DNA of 64,000 bases from Terriglobia bacterium. Its GTDB lineage: Bacteria > Acidobacteriota > Terriglobia > Terriglobales > Acidobacteriaceae. The stretch is from the NCBI GenBank assembly GCA_963816025.1, contig CAWFJA010000015.1:17254-81253 (forward strand), given 5' to 3'. This document shows, in pieces, positions 59,987 to 64,000 of the stretch. The first letter of the stretch is position 1. The number at the start of each line of letters is the position of its first letter. Position numbers and translations under genes: made by a program. The notes below the pieces were generated by a model. That model ran no database searches, was not told where the DNA came from, and worked only from the letters and a program-made list of their open reading frames with translations.

Positions 59987-60015
59987 TTGACAGGCTTCAT
60001 GGCTCTATCTACGAT
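59987..60015 (+). promoter_or_regulatory. sigma70-like promoter TTGACA-17 nt-TACGAT
   Basis: Perfect -35 (59987-59992), 17-nt spacer and a 4/6 -10 (60010-60015). Lies 10 nt upstream of ATG 60026. Confidence 0.45.
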
Positions 60016-60025
60016 GAACAGGTTC

Positions 60026-60112
60026 ATGTCAGCTTACAGCCTAATGCGCGGCCAGTGTTGTACTTGTTGTTGTATGGGTGTATCCACTGGCGCCAGGGGG
60101 CCGCTGACCTAA
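60026..60112 (+). CDS. polycysteine leader peptide (28 aa from ATG 60026, or 22 aa from ATG 60044): ..MRGQCCTCCCMGVSTGARGPLT
   Basis: Five TGT codons occur within six codons (60056-60073). The ORF overlaps segments 1 and 2 of an attenuator structure. It sits upstream of sulfur-assimilation genes. Confidence 0.6.
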   Translation: MSAYSLMRGQCCTCCCMGVSTGARGPLT

Positions 60113-60137
60113 GACTCATTTAGCTATCGGCAATCAT

Positions 60138-60176
60138 ACCCACCGCCAGTGCGACTTACTGGCGGTGGGTTTTTTT
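60138..60176 (+). terminator. intrinsic terminator / attenuator hairpin upstream of sulfite reductase
   Basis: Perfect 13-bp stem ACCCACCGCCAGT / ACTGGCGGTGGGT, 7-nt loop, then TTTTTT. Ends 16 nt before ATG 60193. Confidence 0.85.
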
Positions 60177-60192
60177 GTGGCCCAAAAATCCT

Positions 60193-61908
60193 ATGGCAAA
60201 CGCAGTGACAGAAACGGCAGTTACAGAAACGAAAGCCCAGCGGGTGGAGCGGCTGAAGCGGGAGAAAAATCCCTGGGAAGGCCTGGATGACATCCGCAAG
60301 TTCGCCCGTGAAGGCTTCGATTCCATCACCCCGGAATGGCTGGGCACATATTTCCGCTGGTGGGGCGTGTACACCCAGGGCGACGGCGCCGGCGTGGTCG
60401 GCGGGAAAAACGGGGAAGGGAAGGCGCTGCCGTTTTTCATGGTGCGCATCCGCATTCCCAACGGCCTGCTGCATTCTCACCAGCTCCGAACCATCGCGGA
60501 CGTCACCGAGAAATACGCCCGCGGGACCGCCGACCTGACGGTGCGGCAGAATATCCAGCTACACTGGGTGACGATCCAGGACCTGCCCGAGCTGCTCGAT
60601 GGATTGTGGCGCGCCGGCCTCACCACCAAGGGTTCTTGCGGGGACGATACCCGCAACATCACCGGCTGCCCCCTGGCCGGAGTGGATGCCGACGAAATCT
60701 GCGACGCTTCATCGCTGGCGCTCGAAGCCAACAACTTCTTCGTGGGCAACGGCGATTTCTACAATCTGCCGCGCAAGTTCAAAGTCTGCATCACCGGATG
60801 CCGTGTCTGGTGCGCTTATCCCGAAATCAATGACGTCGGCTTGACCGCGGTTCGCCGCGCGGGCGGAGATTCCGAAATTGGTTTTTCTCTGCGAGTGGGC
60901 GGCGGGCTGTCGGCCGATCCTCATCTCGCCGTCCGGCTGAACGCGTTCGTGCAGCGCCAGCAGGTGCTCCCGGTCGTCAAGGGAGTCGCCGAGATTTTCC
61001 GCGAGAGCGAAATGCTGCGCGAGAACCGGGAACGCGCCCGACTCAAGTTTCTGTTCCTCAAACATGGCTGGACCGCCGAAAGCTTTCAGGAAGAGCTGGA
61101 GCGGCGCATCGGTTTTCATCTCGATCCGGCGGTCGAAGAGAAACCGCCCAACGATATTTATCGCGATCACGTAGGCATCCATCCTCAGAAACAGCCTGGC
61201 TATTCATACGTCGGGGCTGCCGTCCTGCGGGGACGTATTTCGTCCCAGCAGATGCGCGCTGCTGCCGACGCGGCGGATCGTTTCGCCTCGGGCGAACTGC
61301 GCACCACCAACATGCAGAACCTGCTGATCGTCAACGTGCCCAATCACAACGCCGGAGCTCTGGCGAACGAACTCGAAGCCAACAAGATGCCGGTGGGCGG
61401 TTCGCCGTTCTGGCGCGGCGTGGTGGCTTGCAGCGGCTCGGAGTTCTGCAAGATCGCGATTACCGAAACCAAGAGTTTTTCCCGCTGGCTGGTCGAAGAA
61501 CTGGAGGACCGGCTGCCGGGCTTCGAGCAGCACCTGAAACTGCACGTCACTGGATGCCCCAACAGCTGCGGCCAGCACTGGATCGCCGACATCGGCATCG
61601 AGGGCAAAAAGATCAAGGTGGATGGCCGCCAGCAGGATGCCTACTACTTCTGCGTGGGCGGCGCCGTCGGACTGCACCAGTCGGTGGCGCGCCCCATCGG
61701 TTACCGCTGCCTGGCCAGCGAAGTGCCGGACGCGATCGAGCGTCTTTTGCGCCGCTACCTGTACGAGAGGTTGCCTGACGAGAACCTGCGGCACTATTTC
61801 GCGCGCCGCACCGACGAAGAGTTGCGCGAGTGTCTCGCCGGAAAATTTCTGGCGGCAGTCGAGCGCGATCCATCGCCGGGAAAGGTCCCGCATGCGGTCG
61901 AAGGCTAA
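60193..61908 (+). CDS. sir: assimilatory sulfite (or nitrite) reductase, ferredoxin-dependent siroheme/[4Fe-4S] type
   Basis: NIR_SIR repeats and cluster/siroheme Cys motifs (TGCPNSCGQHWIADIG, CSGSEFC). The context with siroheme and cysH genes favours sulfite reductase. Confidence 0.85.
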   Translation: MANAVTETAVTETKAQRVERLKREKNPWEGLDDIRKFAREGFDSITPEWLGTYFRWWGVYTQGDGAGVVGGKNGEGKALPFFMVRIRIPNGLLHSHQLRTIADVTEKYARGTADLTVRQNIQLHWVTIQDLPELLDGLWRAGLTTKGSCGDDTRNITGCPLAGVDADEICDASSLALEANNFFVGNGDFYNLPRKFKVCITGCRVWCAYPEINDVGLTAVRRAGGDSEIGFSLRVGGGLSADPHLAVRLNAFVQRQQVLPVVKGVAEIFRESEMLRENRERARLKFLFLKHGWTAESFQEELERRIGFHLDPAVEEKPPNDIYRDHVGIHPQKQPGYSYVGAAVLRGRISSQQMRAAADAADRFASGELRTTNMQNLLIVNVPNHNAGALANELEANKMPVGGSPFWRGVVACSGSEFCKIAITETKSFSRWLVEELEDRLPGFEQHLKLHVTGCPNSCGQHWIADIGIEGKKIKVDGRQQDAYYFCVGGAVGLHQSVARPIGYRCLASEVPDAIERLLRRYLYERLPDENLRHYFARRTDEELRECLAGKFLAAVERDPSPGKVPHAVEG

Positions 61909-61935
61909 GAACAGAAATGTTGGTAAGAACAGGGA

Positions 61936-62131
61936 TGTCATCCTGAGCGCAGGCATGCCATTCGCTGGCGAATGGGATGGCGGAGTCGACGGACCCTCTG
62001 TCAGATTAGCGACCGTTGGAGGAGAGGGATTGTTTCGATGAGATTCTGCGGCAAATGCGTGGAGCGGGTAGAGATCCTTCGACTGCGTGGCTGCTTCGCT
62101 GCGCGAAGCAGCCACTCCGCTCAAGATGACA
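61936..62131 (+). repeat. MITE-like element, family A, copy A3 (196 bp, longer centre)
   Basis: TGTCATCCTGAGCG ... GCTCAAGATGACA. The first hairpin CCATTCGCTGGCGAATGG resembles that of A1. Confidence 0.8.
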
Positions 62132-62171
62132 ATGTTCGAGTTACGCAGGCTCTTCAGTCGTACTGGATGCC

Positions 62172-62795
62172 ATGACGCTGTTTCCGATGTTCATGAAACT
62201 CGAGGGCCGCTCCTGCCTGGTGGTCGGCGCCGGCGCCATCGGCGAGCCCAAGATCGGCAGTCTAATCGCGGCCGGCGCATCGGTCCGGGTGGTCGCCCTT
62301 CGCGCTACGGACGCGGTTGCCAAGTGGGCGAGCGCTGGAACGATTACCTGGGAAGCGCGAGCTTTCAACGCCGCTGATCTCGACGGCGTTTTCCTGGTCA
62401 TTGTCGCCACCAATTCTCGTGACGTGCATGCCATGATTTTCCACCAAGCCCGGCAGCGCAACATTCTGTGCAATGTGGTCGACGACCCGGAATATTGCGA
62501 TTTTTACTATCCCGCGGTGGTGCAGCGCGGAGACTTTCAGGTTGCCATTTCGACCAACGGCCAAAGCCCCGCGCTGGCCCAGAGAATCAGGCGCGAGCTC
62601 GAAATTCAGTTTGGCCCGGAATATGGCGAATGGCTACGGGAGTTGGGACGGATCAGGCAGCAATTATTTGCCAGCAGGATCGACCCGGAAGCTCGGCGTC
62701 GTGTGCTGCATGAACTAGCCAGCCGCACCGCGTTCGAAACGGCGCGGTCCGCGGGATTCAATATCGAGTTAACCAGTCTGGAGAAAATGTCATGA
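62172..62795 (+). CDS. precorrin-2 dehydrogenase / sirohydrochlorin ferrochelatase (CysG N-domain / SirC-Met8 type)
   Basis: LVVGAGAIG Rossmann motif. 207 aa. Its stop overlaps the next start (ATGA). Confidence 0.85.
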   Translation: MTLFPMFMKLEGRSCLVVGAGAIGEPKIGSLIAAGASVRVVALRATDAVAKWASAGTITWEARAFNAADLDGVFLVIVATNSRDVHAMIFHQARQRNILCNVVDDPEYCDFYYPAVVQRGDFQVAISTNGQSPALAQRIRRELEIQFGPEYGEWLRELGRIRQQLFASRIDPEARRRVLHELASRTAFETARSAGFNIELTSLEKMS

Positions 62796-63598
62796 ACGGC
62801 AAGGTGTATCTGGTGGGGGCGGGTCCGGGCGATCCCGAACTGCTCACGCTCAAAGCGCTTAAACTTCTCAAATCGGCCGACGTCGTGCTGCACGACGATC
62901 TCATCGGGCCGGAGATCCTCGCGTTCATTCCATCCTCGACGGAAATCCAGAACGTTGGCAAGCGTTTCGGACGCAAGAAAATCAGCCAGGCCGAGATCAA
63001 CGCCCTTCTGGTACAGAACGCGCTGTTGGGCTTGCAGGTGGTCCGTCTGAAGAGCGGCGACCCGCTGATTTTCGGCCGCGCCGGCGAAGAGATGGAAGCC
63101 CTGCGCCAGGCTGGCATCGAATTCGAAATCGTTCCCGGCGTGACCTCTGCATTCGGCGCAGCCGCCAACGCGGGGATTCCACTCACTCACCGCCAGGTTT
63201 CATCCGCTGTGGTGCTGGTGACTGGCCATCATGCGGCCAGCGACGAATTTGCCGACTGGCCGGCCAGGATACCCACGGACGCGACGGTTGTCGTCTACAT
63301 GCCCGGATACGACTACCACAGCACCGCACAGCAACTTCTGCGGGCCGGCGTGCTGGGAACAACGCCCTGCGCCATCATTTCCCAGGCTACCTTGCCTGGC
63401 GAGCAGACGCACGTGACCACCGTGGACGAGCTGCACGCCTCACCACGGCTGCCCTCGCCCACGCTGCTGGTAGTTGGCGAAGTGGTGCGGATGGCCACGC
63501 CGGCCACGCCACATCAGCAGTTCGCGTGGCCGAATGATGGCGCAGATTTCGCGTCGCATGTCCCGGTCTTGTCAGCTAGTCAGGAGCGTGCGGAGTGA
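62792..63598 (+). CDS. cobA: uroporphyrinogen-III C-methyltransferase
   Basis: VYLVGAGPGDPELLTLKA and VRLKSGDP motifs. 268 aa. Confidence 0.9.
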   Translation: MNGKVYLVGAGPGDPELLTLKALKLLKSADVVLHDDLIGPEILAFIPSSTEIQNVGKRFGRKKISQAEINALLVQNALLGLQVVRLKSGDPLIFGRAGEEMEALRQAGIEFEIVPGVTSAFGAAANAGIPLTHRQVSSAVVLVTGHHAASDEFADWPARIPTDATVVVYMPGYDYHSTAQQLLRAGVLGTTPCAIISQATLPGEQTHVTTVDELHASPRLPSPTLLVVGEVVRMATPATPHQQFAWPNDGADFASHVPVLSASQERAE

Positions 63599-64000
63599 GA
63601 GACCACGCCGAGTTAATTCCCGCTGACGCGGAAAAATGGCGGCCTGAAGAGGTATTGAGCTGGGCCTTTGCCACTCACGGAAAAGATGTGGCGATCGCCT
63701 CCGGCTTCGGAGTTGAGGGCATGGTGCTGCTCGACCTGGCTTCGCGGGTGCGTCCAGATTTTCGAGTCTTCACTTTGGACACGGAATTCCTCTTTCCTGA
63801 AACCTACGATCTGATGGATCGCGTCGAAAAGCGCTATGGCATCAAAGTCGAGAGAGTCTACAGCACGCTCACCCCGGAAGAGCAGGAGCGCGAACATGGC
63901 GGCGCGCTGTGGAGCCGCGATCCCGACAAGTGCTGCGGCCTGCGCAAGGTCGAGCCGCTGCGAACGAAACTGACCGAATTGCGCGCCTGGATCACCGCCA
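63595..64000 (+). CDS. cysH: phosphoadenosine/adenosine 5-phosphosulfate reductase (CysH), 3-prime end beyond window
   Basis: GTG 63595 overlaps the cobA TGA (GTGA). Own translation gives ..IASGFGVEGMVLLD..FTLDTEFLFPETY..DKCCGLRKVEPL. Not in the ORF track because there is no stop in the window. Confidence 0.85.
   Translation, partial: MRDHAELIPADAEKWRPEEVLSWAFATHGKDVAIASGFGVEGMVLLDLASRVRPDFRVFTLDTEFLFPETYDLMDRVEKRYGIKVERVYSTLTPEEQEREHGGALWSRDPDKCCGLRKVEPLRTKLTELRAWITA

Noticed and set aside
60020-60180. Known SAM-type riboswitch (S-box, SAM-II, SAM-IV) as the explanation for the leader upstream of sulfite reductase
   Set aside because: I could not find the conserved cores, such as the GGUGCCAAUUCC-like or AAAGCU elements. 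The leader is short, and it is fully explained by the Cys-codon ORF with its alternative hairpins. A covariance-model scan would be the decisive test.

Overview
GC-rich (about 58-62% by eye) bacterial chromosomal window. The gene content suggests a soil Acidobacteria-like genome: Ser/Thr kinase-TPR proteins, CRTAC1/ASPIC, DUF1080, Tat-exported Gfo/Idh/MocA oxidoreductases, and many short GC-rich intergenic palindromes. This taxonomic guess is inference only.

Recognisable content:
- Decaying minus-strand operon: secreted protein, family-5 solute-binding protein, sensor kinase, sigma54 response regulator (1-5701).
- Housekeeping genes: ftsK, uppP, RNase J, and a lysine/aspartate-pathway cluster (dapD-dapA-dapB-lysC-asd, 24.6-30.1 kb).
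- aroK, and an ECF sigma / anti-sigma / DUF4097 module.
- Carbohydrate-related genes: GH130, sugar-phosphate isomerase, two Gfo/Idh/MocA, DUF1080.
- tRNA-Lys(UUU), with a decayed IS110 transposase and a GH13 remnant close by.
- A type-Vd-like patatin-Omp85 protein.
- Assimilatory sulfate-reduction operon: sulfite reductase, siroheme synthesis genes, APS/PAPS reductase (60.2-64 kb).

Main unannotated signal: a promoter, a polycysteine leader ORF (CCTCCC) and a four-segment alternative-hairpin intrinsic terminator sit immediately upstream of the sulfite reductase gene. This looks like a cysteine-sensing ribosome-mediated transcription attenuator.

Second theme: about 15 frameshift or nonsense lesions, all in sensory or accessory genes, while every long housekeeping gene is intact.

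Third theme: at least eight families of MITE/REP-like structured intergenic repeats. Several show compensatory stem changes. One supplies the only canonical start codon of a threonine dehydratase gene, and one sits inside the cys operon.

No CRISPR array, rRNA or cas genes were seen. Many long ORFs in the track are antisense shadow frames typical of high-GC DNA.
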